The notes below the pieces were generated by a model. It was not told where the DNA came from. It made no database searches and was given only the letters and a program-made list of their open reading frames with translations. From contig VJWM01000173.1 of NCBI GenBank assembly GCA_010909165.1, positions 441,763-505,762 on the forward strand: DNA of 64,000 nucleotides, given 5' to 3'. Below are positions 52,057 through 64,000 of the stretch, one piece after another. Numbering within the stretch: the stretch's first letter is position 1; every line of letters starts with the position of its first letter. The stretch comes from Anthoceros angustus. Taxonomy: Eukaryota > Plantae > Anthocerotophyta. Both the position numbers and the translations under genes were made by a program.

Positions 52057-52118
52057 GAGATCTAAGCCTTTTTTTTTTTTTAATGCCCAATAAAGTTTTT
52101 CTTCTTAATCAACCAAGG

Positions 52119-55100
52119 TTAGGGTGATTTAACATACACTATGCCTAAACTTCTCATGTGTTTGTTTTGTAAATCTTGTCCTAAAGACTTAGTTAGGATA
52201 TCAATTTGGGTTCTCATGGGTTTGGACATAACTTATGTTTATTGTCTTATTTTCTAGCATTTCTCGAATGTAGTGATATTCAACGGCTATATGCTTGGTC
52301 CGAGAGTGAAAGGCGGGGTTTCTAGCTAAGGCTATGGCTCCACGGCTATCACTAAATAGAGAGTGGGATCATTCGAGGATGACCAAGTTCACTTAAAGCT
52401 AACGCTCCGGACAATATCCTTGGGGCGAGGTTAGGACTCTATATTCGGACTCGATGCCAGAGGGCAATGGTTGGTTGTTTCTTACTTGACCATGATATGG
52501 GTGCTCCTCCCGGTAATAATATGTAACGGATACGGACTTGCGGTGTCGGATCGGCATAATCGATCAAAAATGCTGCTAGAATTAACCGGGATGCGGGTCG
52601 ATGCTTAAACATTAATCCAGTGTGCATAGTGCCTTTGAGATATCTAAATATTCGTTTGACGGATGCCCAATGTTCTCTTCCGAGTTTTCAAGAAATTGGG
52701 AACATGCACTTGAAGGAGATGTCGGGTCTTGTAAAATTGCTTAAATAAATCAAGGTACCCACCGCATGTCTATAAGGGAACTAACATCTCTTGTTTTCAT
52801 CTGTTTGAGGGCTCATAGCTTTAGTGAGCAGAATGCCACTTGCAAATGGTGTAGTGGATGGCTTAGCATCTTCAAGTCCAAACTTGGCTAAGCTTTCTTT
52901 TATATACTTAGTTTGTACTAAGCTTAAAGTTTTGTTGCCTCTATCCCTTATAATATTAACCCCAAGGGCATAAGTCATCTCTCCTAAATCGGTCATTTCA
53001 AAATGACTTTTAACCATGCCTTGGTTTTGACTAAGAGAGAGTGAGGATGAGGCCATAAATAAGTCTCAACATAGAGCGGAGATATAGAAAATCACTACGA
53101 TTTCAATATGTACATGCTAGCATCTTGCTTTGTCGAAAGCCTCGGTTAACTAGCTTGACATGTATGACGTTCCATTCTTTGCTGATTGCTTGAGCCATAA
53201 AAGGCACTTAATGAGTTTGCATACCAAGTCTTCCTTTCCCTTGACCTCATAGCCCTCACATTTCATATAAATTTCTTCTTCTGCGCGCCCATGAAGGTAT
53301 CTTGTTTTGGCGTCCATCATATGGAGGTGTAGGTCATATTGTGCGGTTAAGGCAAAGATCATTCTTAGGGAGGCAAACTTGGTGCATAGGTGGCCGTATG
53401 TAATCTAAACCGGTGTCTGGTAAACCCTCTTGCCACTAAGCGTGCCTTATATCTTTCTATGGAACCATCGCCCTTTCTTTTATTTTGAATACCCACTTGC
53501 TAGTCACTATCTTTCTTCCCTTAGGTGGTTTCACTAATTCCCATGTAGAATTCTTGACTAATGAGTCGTACTCGAATCTCTGACTACTTTCCACAAGTCT
53601 TTCTCGGAGAGGAAAATGCTTGTTTTAAGGTAAGCGGCTCTTGGATCAAGCGTGGCTTTGTATACTGACTTGATGATAAGGTGAAAAGGCTGGATCATCT
53701 ATGGTAGCAAGGTATCCAAGGGTGGTTCCTTCCATCCTGCAGTCTGGAATGTTAGGTCTAGTTCTCGGTTGTACCTCGAGCGGGTTGTTGTTGTGGAATA
53801 TTTTCTTCAATGTCGACTTCCTCATGAGGGGCTCTTGTGTTGGTGAGTCGAGACTCATCTTCTTGACTCTTCGTCAATCTCGTCATCATGCACAATTCGT
53901 TCATTCTCGGGATAATGAAATGTCCACGAGATGATAGTCATCCTCAAGTGGAGAGGTTCTTGTGTCGGGATCGGTGTAGTAGGTCGGCGTGGAATATGTT
54001 CTAACACTCCTCCTCCTCCTGCGAGTAGGTTCAACAAAAGGAGCAGCGAGGAGGCGGATGAAGGGTGACATATTCATCATCATCAAAAGATGAGGACCCG
54101 TTTGCATCCCGAAGGGAACATCGAGAGTGGCGGAGCTCCCAAGGGAAAGTAAAGGGGACTCATGAAAAGTCACGCTCTGGCATAGATAATTTTCCGTGGA
54201 AGGGTGGAATAACTTATATCCTTTGATGCCTTAGTAGCCAATGAAAGTATACTTGCCTTAGGTCTAACTTGCGTTGTACTTTGGGTATAAAACATACGCG
54301 GTGATCCAAAAATCGAAGATGGTCAATGGAGGCTTGCGACGTGAAAGCTTCATAAGGTGTCATACCTTGGAGAGGTGGGCAATCGATTGAGGAGATACGT
54401 TCTTCATAATAATCATTAATAACTCTTGGATAGTTGGGCTTGAGTGAGCAAGCAACCGATGATCTCTTGTAGGCGTAAATTCTTATTCTGCGGCGCCATT
54501 CTTTGAGGAGTGTGTACCACGTGAGTTGCTGAGCTATTCCTTCAGCTCGGCAAAAATCAGCAAAATTATTGGATGTAAACTTCGCCACCATTGTCGAGCG
54601 CAATGTTTTGAGTTTCTTATCCGTAAGTCGTCGCCCACATCATGTAATCCTTGAAAAGCGAAAGGCTGGCTTTTGTGTCTCGGGATATAGGTGAGGACAA
54701 AAGCGAGTAATCATCAATGAAGGTTAAAAAGTATGCAACCACTAAATGAAGGCGAAATGGGACCACAAATGTCTTGTATGAACCAACTCAAGAGGTGCCT
54801 TAGCCATGTGGAGATGGGTTATGAAAAGGAGCTTGGTGCCGTTTGGTGACAACACAAGCTTCACACCAAGGCAGGGGTTCTATCTTGGAGAGGAGGGTGA
54901 TCGATAAAATTTCCCTTAGACATTTGGATCGACACGGCTATTAGGATGACCTAAGCAGCGTGCAAAGCATAGTATGGGAGGAGGTGGCGGGAATTTTGGG
55001 AAGCTACATTGATGAGATGTGAGGGACCCACTTGGTGAGAGTTTGTATAGTCCATCTTCTAGTGTACTGAGGATGGTGTGCGACTTACTTGATAGATAAG

Positions 55101-56287
55101 AAAGAAGACAAATATCGCTTGGAGGAGAATTTGCATGCTATGTTGAACACAAACTAGCGGTGACACTAGGTTTTACACATGGATGGTACATGGAGGACAT
55201 GAGAGAGAGAGAACTTGGCACGAAGAGCATCACGAGAACAAGAACCTACACGAGATTGTGAGGTTATGATCATCGGGGTTTGATGTCCTATAATGGCGAG
55301 TAAGACTCAAAAGAGTTTAAGTTGTGAGATATGAGATGTAGCACCTTGTCTAAATACCAATATTGGTTGGAGGGCTTGGATGATGCCAAGCATACGGTGA
55401 GAATCTTGATGGCGTTCTTGAGCTCTTTTCTTCAGCAACATTTGCTCGAGGGTAGCCTCCTTCTTGGGCTCGCCGTTCTTCTTCTTATGTGATCCTTCTC
55501 CATGTGATTGATTTGCACCAATTACAAATAACTCCAGCCTTCTTCTTACCTCTTGCGGTGTGGAAGAAGCGCGTTCTCCATCGGGAGAATTAGGATTTGG
55601 CCTAGGAGGAAAGGGTCTTCCGCGGCCTCGGCCACGCCCTCTTCCTCTGCCTCGTCACTGTAAACATCACTGTTTGCACGGTAGATCGCGATTCTCTTGT
55701 CGACGGCATCCTCTGTATAATGGCTCCAATTAATTCATCAGCGCGATATCCAGCGTATTGGAGCCGATTGCATTCTTTTCTTTACGTGCGGCTCTAAGGG
55801 CATTTTGTGTTGTCACAAAGGACCTATAGGAGGGTGGTAAGGAGGCAAGGAGAGCAATAAAAGCTGCTTCTCGGTAAGTTTCTCGTCGGATGATGCTTGA
55901 AATTATTCTTAGCAACACGGAAAGCGTGATATGATGATCAATGGAATCATTCTCCTTCATTTTCGTTGTGGAGATGACGGTAGCGATCAATAAGCTCATC
56001 CGTCTTTAGAGGCATATAATTGAGCTAGACGCTCCCACGTATTATGAGATGTGCGGCTCACGAAACTTGGCGTACCATGAATTCGGTAAGACCTTGAAGA
56101 AGGATATCTCGGCCCTTAAGTCCTTAGCGTCCCATTCTTCATGTTTATCTTCGTCCCAAAGGTGTCGGTCTCGGTTCCTCGACAATATTCCATAGGCCAT
56201 GACTACGTCCTTGCGCTCGGTCTTGCCATACATCATATCCTCTTCCATTGAATCTATCTTTCTCCATGAAGTTGTGTGCTTGAAACA
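52119..56287 (-). pseudogene. Copia B gag-pol (frameshifted)
   Basis: MEKDRFNGRGYDVWQ, ALLASLPPSYRSFV, zinc-knuckle remnant ~55520, WYLD ~55355, FLTFIDDYS, GMTPYEAF, HMMDAKT..LHG..EEEIYM, FEMTDLGEM, GAPISWSSKKQ, DILTKSLG...*. Confidence 0.9.
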
Positions 56288-57912
56288 AAGTGGTGGGCTT
56301 TGATTCGAGAATTAGCCAACTTCTTCTTCTCCTTCTCTTTGAACTTTTCAAGTTCATCTTGCCATTTGGCTCGCTCTTCTTCTAGCCATATATACGGGCT
56401 TCAATATATCTTGCCTCTTGGCAATTTCTTTTCTCGTCGAAGAAGTCTACTCAGACATTGCGGTGTGTTTATTGATGCGGTCCGTTGACACGGCGACTTC
56501 CGCTTGTATTAGCGGAGAGGAAGTGAGCAATTATAGCATTTCTTCAAAGGGAATCATCCATAGTCATCAAAATCTGCTTACAAGCAAGTGAGTTGGATCT
56601 ATTGGCTCTTGGGAGGCGGTTCATGAAGACCGTCGATGATTGAATGTAATTGATCGGTTAGATAATTCAATCTATCATTAGTAGCGAATATGAAGAATTG
56701 CTTCGCTCTAATGGAGTCAAGAGATCGCTGAGATGATCCGGGTTAGGAGTGAAGACCTTTGGCCTATGCTTAATGTACTTAAAATAAATGACTCAATGGC
56801 GCTAGATTGCAAAGGTCAAAGGAAGTTAGGAGATCTTTGCGGCGTGATTTATGTTACCTACTCTATCTCGAGACTTAGAAACAAGGGCTATGAGGCGACA
56901 CACTTGTGCTTCAACAACATCAATTTCGGAGGCGTTGAGATCAAAGTTTTCCTCCAATTGCAAATAGTCCAGGTTGTTGTTGTCTCTTATTCTTGAAGCC
57001 TTGATCTTTCTCCTATACTCTTGTTGCTGGGATTGATACAATCCATGGAGGGCAAACAAGAGGTGAACAAAAGTGCATCATTAACGTGTTGTGCTCCACT
57101 CAAGTTGGTTGCTATTCAAAGCGAGGTCTCCATGCTCCATGATCTTGTTGGAAAAGCTAAAGATGCGGATGCATTGAGGAGAGAGGAGCCTTGAGGAAAA
57201 GCAAGCAAGAGTGCTCAAGCACAAGGAGCAAGTGCTCGATACCATGATGAAAATCATACACTAGGCTCTTGAGAAGAGATTCTTATATGACAATTGATTT
57301 AATACAAAATACAAAGCCTATTTATAGGCAAGGTGGTTAGGAGGTTAGGTGGTTACAACCATAAGTAGTTGTAACCATCAAGTAGTTATAACTACCTAAC
57401 CACTAACTACCTAGAGCAACTAACTAGTAACTACTTAATGCCCTAGGTAGATAAAGATGATTAAGTTAGGTACCCTAGTGAATAGTGCCCTAACCTAATC
57501 TATTTATTAGTTTATGGTATGAGAGAATGGACTCTTACCTCAAGAGATAGGGTTTATCAAAGTGAGCGACACCAATATCTATGTACTTCATGAGAATGAG
57601 CTCCCTTGTCTTTGGTTACTATATGTTGATGACTTAGTTTTCACAGCAGCAATATTGAACTAGTTAACAAGTTAAAAGGCGACCTTAGTAAAAATTCAGA
57701 TGAAGGATCGGCAAAGTTAAATATATTCTTGGAATGCATGTACATAGAGATACCCTTGGTGCTATCTATCTCCATCGAGGAAGATATGTGGTTGGTATGT
57801 TAGGCAGCACAATTTGGAGAATACGCGTGCAGCTGACCACACACAGTGAGTTAAACTTTCATCGCTACATCCCTGATGAGCGAGGAAGAAGAGATGAAAT
57901 ATTCCTTATCGT

Positions 57913-60900
57913 GTCTTGCCTCAGTCCTCCATAGCCGTCGGCATTGCTCCACCTCCAACTCCCTTGGCCCGCTCCATTTGCCCGACACCGGCCTGCGCGC
58001 CGTTCCCTTCGCCTTCCTCCATTTGGACCAGCGGCTTCATGCGCTTCCGGTGCTCTCCCTCTCTCTGTCCCATTAAAATGTAACTCGCCATCTCCCTCTC
58101 CGGTCGGGCAGCTCTGCGGGGCTGCAGGCTCATGAGGCCCTTCTCCATCTCGGCGGCGTCCTGCTCCTGTTCCATCGCCGTCTGACTCAAGATCAGCCAG
58201 CAGTGGGCCGCTCTATTTCCGTTCGTTCGCGGACCATATCTAGAGACTACCATTCCTCTCAATGGTAGTTTGAAGCTGACTCAAGGTCTCCTGCGGTCTT
58301 CCATCTCCTGTTGCTTTGCTCCACCTCCAGGAGTAGGAGATCCTCCATCTCCTTGGCAGGACTTCACAGGCTGGTAGCTTGCTCGCCGCCTCCTGCTCCA
58401 TCTTGAGGCGGTGGGCGCTATCTCCTTTCGAAGTCTTGGATTCTCGTTGAGAACCCCTTGCTCAAGCAGCGTCTTGGGTTGTAACTCCAAGGTGTCCTTC
58501 TCCTCCGACTCCTGCGCCTCCCTTCTACCTCCTGTTGCGCCCACAGGGTCCCGATTTCCGGGTCTTGGCCTCCAGTGTTCTGCCGCGGCTCGTGTGCCTC
58601 CTCTTGCTTTGCTCGGCCAGTTGGCCGTGGCTACCCCGCCTCCCTCCACCGGTTCGATCACGCCCGATGGTGATCGCGGTGCTGTGGCTTGCCTCCTTGG
58701 CCACCTTCACTGAGCCTCTCGGCTTGGCTCTGGTCTGGTCTCGCCGCCTCCGCGGTCCGCCCGCTCGCTTGCGCCCGGGCCTCTTAGCCTCTGCTGCGCT
58801 ACCCCTCTCACTGCGGAGGTCCTCGACTGCTTGGGCCTCCTTAGCACCTTGTGCTCCTCCGGTGAAGGAATTTAGTCGGTCCTTGCGGATGGACGGACTT
58901 CCCTCTCGGCCTCGGCGTTTCCCTTCCTCAATTCGGCCGAGAGCTTGGCCTTCCTCCTTGCCTCTTGGGCCCCTCAACTTGCTCTGGAGGAGTACCATCG
59001 CCTCAGGGTGGCTTCTACCTCCACAGGTCTTCTCGGCCGTCCCGAGACCCCAAAGCATCTGAATCCATGACGGTAGCAGGACCGCCGTGTTTCTTCCACG
59101 GCCACCAGTGAGGCTCCCACAAAGTCCGTAGTGGAGGTTTCCTTGATCCATGAGGACCTCCATACTTGATCCGGAGTAAGTCGGACTGGGTTCTCGGACC
59201 TAATCGGGACCCTTGGGTCACAGTCTTTGGCTCGGGCTTCACTTCCTTCCTTGGCCCTTTTGGCGCGAGCTCCTTCTCCGCCCTTTTCTGGGGCTCGGAG
59301 GAGGTGAGGGGGTCGGGAGCAAGCCCTTTTGCCCCTTCACATCGGGAGGCAGGGCCGGCTCGGTGCGGTGCTGCTGCGGTGTCCTCCTGCTCCACAGGCG
59401 GTCCCTTTCACGCCTCCTTGCTTCCTCCGCTTCTTGCCACTCAGGTGGGCGGTGAGAATCTTGCACCGTCTGAGGGAGGCTGCGTTGGTACATCTTGCGT
59501 CTCTTGGTTCCCTCGGGTCAGTGGGCTCAGCGTGTGGTTGTGGTGGTGGCTGTGGGTCGGGGTCAGCCTGCTTGCTGCTGGGGCACCGGGAGGAGGCGGA
59601 ATTTCCTCCCATACTTCCACTGGGTGGTGAGGGGGTCCGTTCGGGGCGTATGGAGTCGGAATTCCCTCGATTCGTCCTCCTCCGGGTCCGTTTGGCCTTG
59701 AGGTCGGCCTCCTCCAGAGGCTTGCACTCCACTTGGCGGGGCCTCAGTCCTTCCGGGCCTTGGGTTCAAGAAATACATGGATCGGGTATGGGACAGCAGG
59801 CATGAGGCTTCTCGGTCCCGAGCTTGCGGGCCTCACGACTAAGCCCGGCGAATAATCCTTCCCGATCCGCCTCTTCCCATGTGCAATGCAGAATACCAGC
59901 AGTTATCACCAAGGTGATCCACCTTGGTGTGGAGTGTGGATCTGTCGGGGCCAGCCGTGGGGTCCCATTCGCCCTCAATGTCGTTGTAGGCTTAGGATTC
60001 GCTCCCAAGGGAATGGTTTGTGCCAAGAGGCGCTAACTTCTATCGCTCACCTTCACCTAAGTCGGGACTTACTTGCTATTACTCCTCTTACCTATCTACT
60101 CACCCTACTACCTCCCGACGTCTAACTACCACGGCTCTTATTCCACGACGAGCCGTCTTATTCCCAGCGGTGGCTCACACCACTCTGCAGTAGTTGCTTG
60201 ACTTGGTGGGTCCCACCCAAACCCTAGCGACTTATTTCGGGCGCGCGCCGATCCCCACCGGGTCGCCCAGTCGGATCGGCTTTATACTCCACCGCACACA
60301 CACCGATTCTGGGACCAAAGTTCCACAAACCCCTCACCACACACACAAAGGCGCCACACTCACCACAATTTTCAAAGGGAGCCTTCCCCTTGTGCCGCTT
60401 CCACCATGACACGGTTTGGTTTCTTTTGGATTCACACAAATCTCCTTTATTAGTCTCTCAATTGGTTCCTTCTCAACTCCTCTCACCTCGCGCCGTCTGA
60501 TTGTTTAGTCACTCCTTCACCCAATCTTCTCCCTCTCTCTCTCCCTCAAATTCGCGCATGAGCTTCCAACCATCCACTCACTTCTCTCTCAATTTGAGAA
60601 CACAACTTCGCGGGGACAAGGGTGAAGGAAGAAGAACCCAGGCGTCACGCGGGCGTTCTGAGCAAGCTCGGACCCGCCCGCGCCAATCCCTTAGTTTCCT
60701 CCTCCTTTATCGGCAAAGATTGCTTTATCACCCCTCCTCCCCAGTGCGGAGCAACTCTCGACCACCCTAGGGCGTCTCGCGCCACCCTCATCAATCGGAC
60801 GTCTCCAACCAGCCCACAGGTGGGGATCTCAACCGGAGTTATCGTGGGGACCTAGTCGCCCCTCTTATACATGGTGGGGCACCATGCCCAGTTTTTAGGT

Positions 60901-60957
60901 CCTAAGATGGCTATCACGGGGCCGCCCACAATTGGGCGATCCTAGGTCGATGCGACA
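57913..60957 (-). mobile_element. Truncated LTR element (probably Gypsy): LTR 60957-60407, PBS-like site 60406-60394, degraded low-complexity ORF from 60026
   Basis: Minus-strand TGTCGCA...CGTGTCA with TATAAG ~60868 and AATAAA ~60448, followed immediately by TGGTGGAAGCGGC. Confidence 0.55.
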
Positions 60958-62000
60958 TCCTAACCAAATTATCTTTAGGTTGCTACCACCTTTGCCTCTC
61001 GCTGTCTGCGCGCCCTACCTCGACTTGGCCGTCATTTCATCCTCCATTCTGCCGCCACGAGCTCTCACCTTACGCGGCTGGTGGACGGGTTCTCCCACAC
61101 TACTTCCACCTCAGCATCGCTGCTGGGCGAATTTGAGTGTACCACCTTCAGGGCTTAGCATCTTCCCGCTTTCTTTGAGGATTATTCACGGTTCCTCGTC
61201 CACCCAACTGGACCTCCTCCTCGCTCAACTCCTCCAAAGTCGCCTCTCGCATAATAGAGCCCCCACACCGGGCGCGATGGTAGAAGTATGCACTTGGGTC
61301 CTCACTTGCGGTGGTAGGCCACAGTCCTCCTATTTCCACACGCACATGGGACGGTGAGGTTAAGCCGCGCGTTCTCCATTCACATATAGACCGAGCACAT
61401 AAGTTTCCTCATCCATGTGCCGTAATATAGGACCCCTACTGCGGTGGTGCTTACCCCTCCTCCGTAGGCTACACAGTTGCACGGCCTATGTCCTCGAGCG
61501 CCACGTCGCACCACAGCCGCCCCTTACTGCCGGGGTTGGTTGCGCCAATGTCGGTGGCGGTTTCGACTTTGCGGTAGTGGACTCCGCACCGTTCGTTCGA
61601 CAGATAGGTGAGGTTTCGGCTACCTCGGTTCTTTGCTTCCTTCCTTCTCCGGTCGAAGTCCTGCTACCCTTCCCTTCCCTTTGTCTTTTACGGCCCGACG
61701 TGCCTCATCCGCTCCGCTTATCTCCGCTAGCTTATGGGCCTTTTCCCGAGGCCGCTTTCTCTGGGCTGCAACAACTCCCCTGCATCTCTGGTTCGTCTCG
61801 TGGGCATCCTTAATTTGAGCCATGAGTGCTTCCTGGCTCGTCATGGCTTCTCACAGGCCTGCACAAATCTTCTTGAATCTTGGCCCTTATTTCCTCCCAG
61901 AGTTCCTTGTCCTCCTCCATGGTTCGCTTGGCCTCCCTTGATCAAACTGGCCTTCACCCTTCCTCCGTCGCACCATGAGCCGGGTGAGAGCTAAAAGCAG
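60958..62000 (-). pseudogene. Degraded gag-like remnant
   Basis: MTSQEALMAQIKDAHE..., KDKGKGRV, and a Cys/His zinc-knuckle-like remnant at ~61420-61490. Confidence 0.3.
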
Positions 62001-62049
62001 CAATCAACAAATCGGATTTGGGATCGTAAATCGGTCGGCTCAAAGTCCA

Positions 62050-62178
62050 TGGTACATCTTGTGCCTTAGGTAATTCCCCTCTCAGCGTCACAGAATATAA
62101 TGGTGTTGAATCTCAATATGCTTCGTGCTGCAGCGCATGAAAAACGTGGGATTAAGCGACAAAGGCGATGGGCGATAT
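62050..62178 (-). pseudogene. Copia family A RNase H fragment (inverted)
   Basis: rc contains gcatattgagattcaacaccattatattc, identical to ~6624-6652. Confidence 0.75.
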
Positions 62179-62415
62179 TGTGGACTACGGACTTCCCTTG
62201 GGGTTAAAAATAAGTAGGGTTTTGTTTTTGTAGGCGGAGGATAAAATAAAGCGGAAAAGGAGGAATAACACGGATAGCACTCATTGCCTCCAGTATACTC
62301 CGGGAAGCTGCGGAGTGGGCAGCGTACCAGGACCTACTATGGCGGTAGCCAGGACTACGTCGGGGAGTAGCAGGATAGTCCGGACTCCTCTGTCCAAAGC
62401 GGGATAAAATAGCCA
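62179..62415 (+). repeat. LTR-like repeat 'X', second copy (5' end)
   Basis: Starts TGTGGACTAC; inverted homolog of 370-595. Confidence 0.6.
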
Positions 62416-62725
62416 AGCTTTCCTTTATGTACTTAGTTTGGCCAGTGAGGAGACGGACTGGCGGCGTGAATAGTCATCTCTCCAAGATTGGAGTCGGGCA
62501 TCAATGTGGCTTCTTTACCCTTAGAGTATGTCCTTTGCCAGTATTATATGTAGCAGTACTTCAAGCCGCTTTGCTGGCCTAAAACCAATCTGTGGCGTAA
62601 GGCAGTAATGCAGCGGCGTAAAGGCGATTGTTTCGAGGCGTAAGTGATAAGTGCCATCGAGACCTCTGGCGATTCCCAGACGGAACCCTTTGGTTACTCA
62701 TGTAGATCTCTTCTTGCGACCTAAA
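62415..62725 (-). pseudogene. Highly degraded Copia RT fragment
   Basis: rc gcaagaagagatctacatg (EEIYM), LGEMT and caaactaagtacataaagga resemble the RT segments at ~5667 and ~52900-52990. Confidence 0.55.
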
Positions 62726-64000
62726 GAAATTCTAACGTGTCTTAGCTCCGCAACACGGCTCTGGCGCTATCTCTTTGGCGCCCCGGCGCCGGCGTAGTTC
62801 AACGCCGGCGGTTGGAGGAAGCGGCTGCGGCGAGAGGCGCATCGTGCCGGTGAACTCGGTCGGCGGCCTACGGTGACGAGGCGGCGGCGATGGCACCCAG
62901 GCTGCGGAGTTTGGGAGCGGGCATGGCATACGTGGGCACAACATTATGACCACCGCTGCTCAGGACTTTGGGCCTGGTTGCGGAGGCGGGCGAGGTGGTG
63001 GAGGTGGCACAGATGCGTTCGGGCAATGCGGGCGTTGACGTCCGCCAGCGGGGAGTTCGCCGGATGGTGGCGGTCAGCAAGGAGGTGCGGTCCAGAACCT
63101 CGACCAGTGGATGGAGGCGTTGGAGGCGGCCTACAACCCAAAGGAGGAAGAAGGGGTGTGTGCCTCAGTGAGAGTGAAGATAGAAGACGTAGTGGCGCCG
63201 CTAAGGCACAGGCGGAGGGACCTGTGCGTTGATATCCACTGCTTGGGCGTGGTAAGGCGGTAGCCGGATCATTATCATTGGAACACCCTGAACATAAAAT
63301 GTCGGACTTGCCCTGTTGGGACGTGCACGAATTTTTGTTTTTAGGATCATGGTGTGAAAATAAGTCGGGTTGGTAGTAGGGGAGGTATTTATAGAAGAAA
63401 TGCCCTTGGCCTATGGATTCTTTTCTTGTTTTGATTTTTAAGTTAGAAAATAAATGGTCCGGAATTTGGTGTTCCTTGGCCCATGGACTCGGAATGTTCC
63501 TAAAAAGTCTATATATGTGAGATAGGGGGTTGGAATAATTAGAGTGTGATAGGTCTATAAGTTTGGGGTCGACCAAGGTAGGCGAATGAGTGTGGGGTTG
63601 TGGATTGGGATGTGGGAAGCGGTCGTGAGGTCGAGCAGAGTAGGGGAACAGGAAACTTAACCCTAGGAATGATCCCGTTCAAACAACGCGGGCCGGGGGC
63701 CGAGGCGGGGCGCGGCAGCGGTGACAGTCGAGGAGGTGCAGAGCCTGCAGGAGGGCGCGGCGCGAAGGGAAGGAGCTCGAACCCCCCGGTGACATCGCGG
63801 CAGAGGAGGAAGGCGCGACAGCAGTGGCGCTCCCTTGAGGAGGTAGGAACCACAGGTGACCCCCGGAAATTCGCAGGTGGCGTTGGTTTTGTGAAACCTC
63901 CTGGCCAATGACCGTGCGGATTGGATCGGGTGTGAGGATGCCTATGGCCATAGGGCGAAGCGCCGCACCCCGCCGCATTCGGAAGTGGGATGTGGGGGCG

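Larger units (their letters stand above)
49864..57509 (-). mobile_element. Full-length Copia family B element nested in the RT of A2
   Basis: Near-identical ~265-bp LTRs at 57245-57509 and 49864-50130; TSD GTTTA (49859-49863 / 57510-57514); PBS tggtatcgagc at 57244-57234; PPT TGAGTGGGAG at 50140-50131; element-strand termini TA...CA. Confidence 0.93.
42848..57912 (+). mobile_element. Copia family A copy 2 (5' LTR 42848-43035, PBS 43036-43047), leader triplicated, gag/PR deletion, split by Copia B, 3'-truncated
   Basis: Colinear with 711-6175; gag ATG at 46884; RT resumes at 57510 after the nested insertion and stops at ...attccttatcg ~57911. Confidence 0.9.

Noticed and set aside
370-62415. 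Window-scale inverted duplication (X+CACTA ... CACTA+X)
   Set aside because: The paired copies are clearly diverged and both Copia A copies are on the same strand; independent insertions explain it
62730-64000. 210-aa and other ORFs at the window end
   Set aside because: Low-complexity GC-rich translations with no motif; probably degraded TE sequence

Overview
Eukaryotic nuclear DNA from a land plant. The WW-type PG box of its PPR gene points to a seed-free plant (hornwort, lycophyte or fern); this is inference. About 80% of the window is nested transposons: two CACTA elements, two copies and one relative of a short-LTR Copia family (A), a young Copia family (B) nested in the second A copy, Gypsy-like remnants and a split CRE-type non-LTR element. 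A central gene island holds (i) a very long PLS-class PPR gene (about 15 P-L-S triplets, E1/E2/E+, no DYW catalytic domain), (ii) a small orphan spliced gene, and (iii) an intact 11-exon RNase III gene of about 621 aa (RNaseIII-dsRBD-RNaseIII-dsRBD-dsRBD, RTL3-like) that the ORF track shows only in pieces. Highlights: Copia A LTRs appear to end 5'-AG...CT-3' rather than TG...CA, supported by the TSD and a restored host reading frame. Copia A carries an extra upstream ORF and a hairpin array. Copia B carries two divergent extra ORFs with back-to-back TATA boxes. Many TE frameshifts and adjacent tandem duplications look like long-read consensus artefacts. Family assignments come from manual motif reading; no database searches were run.
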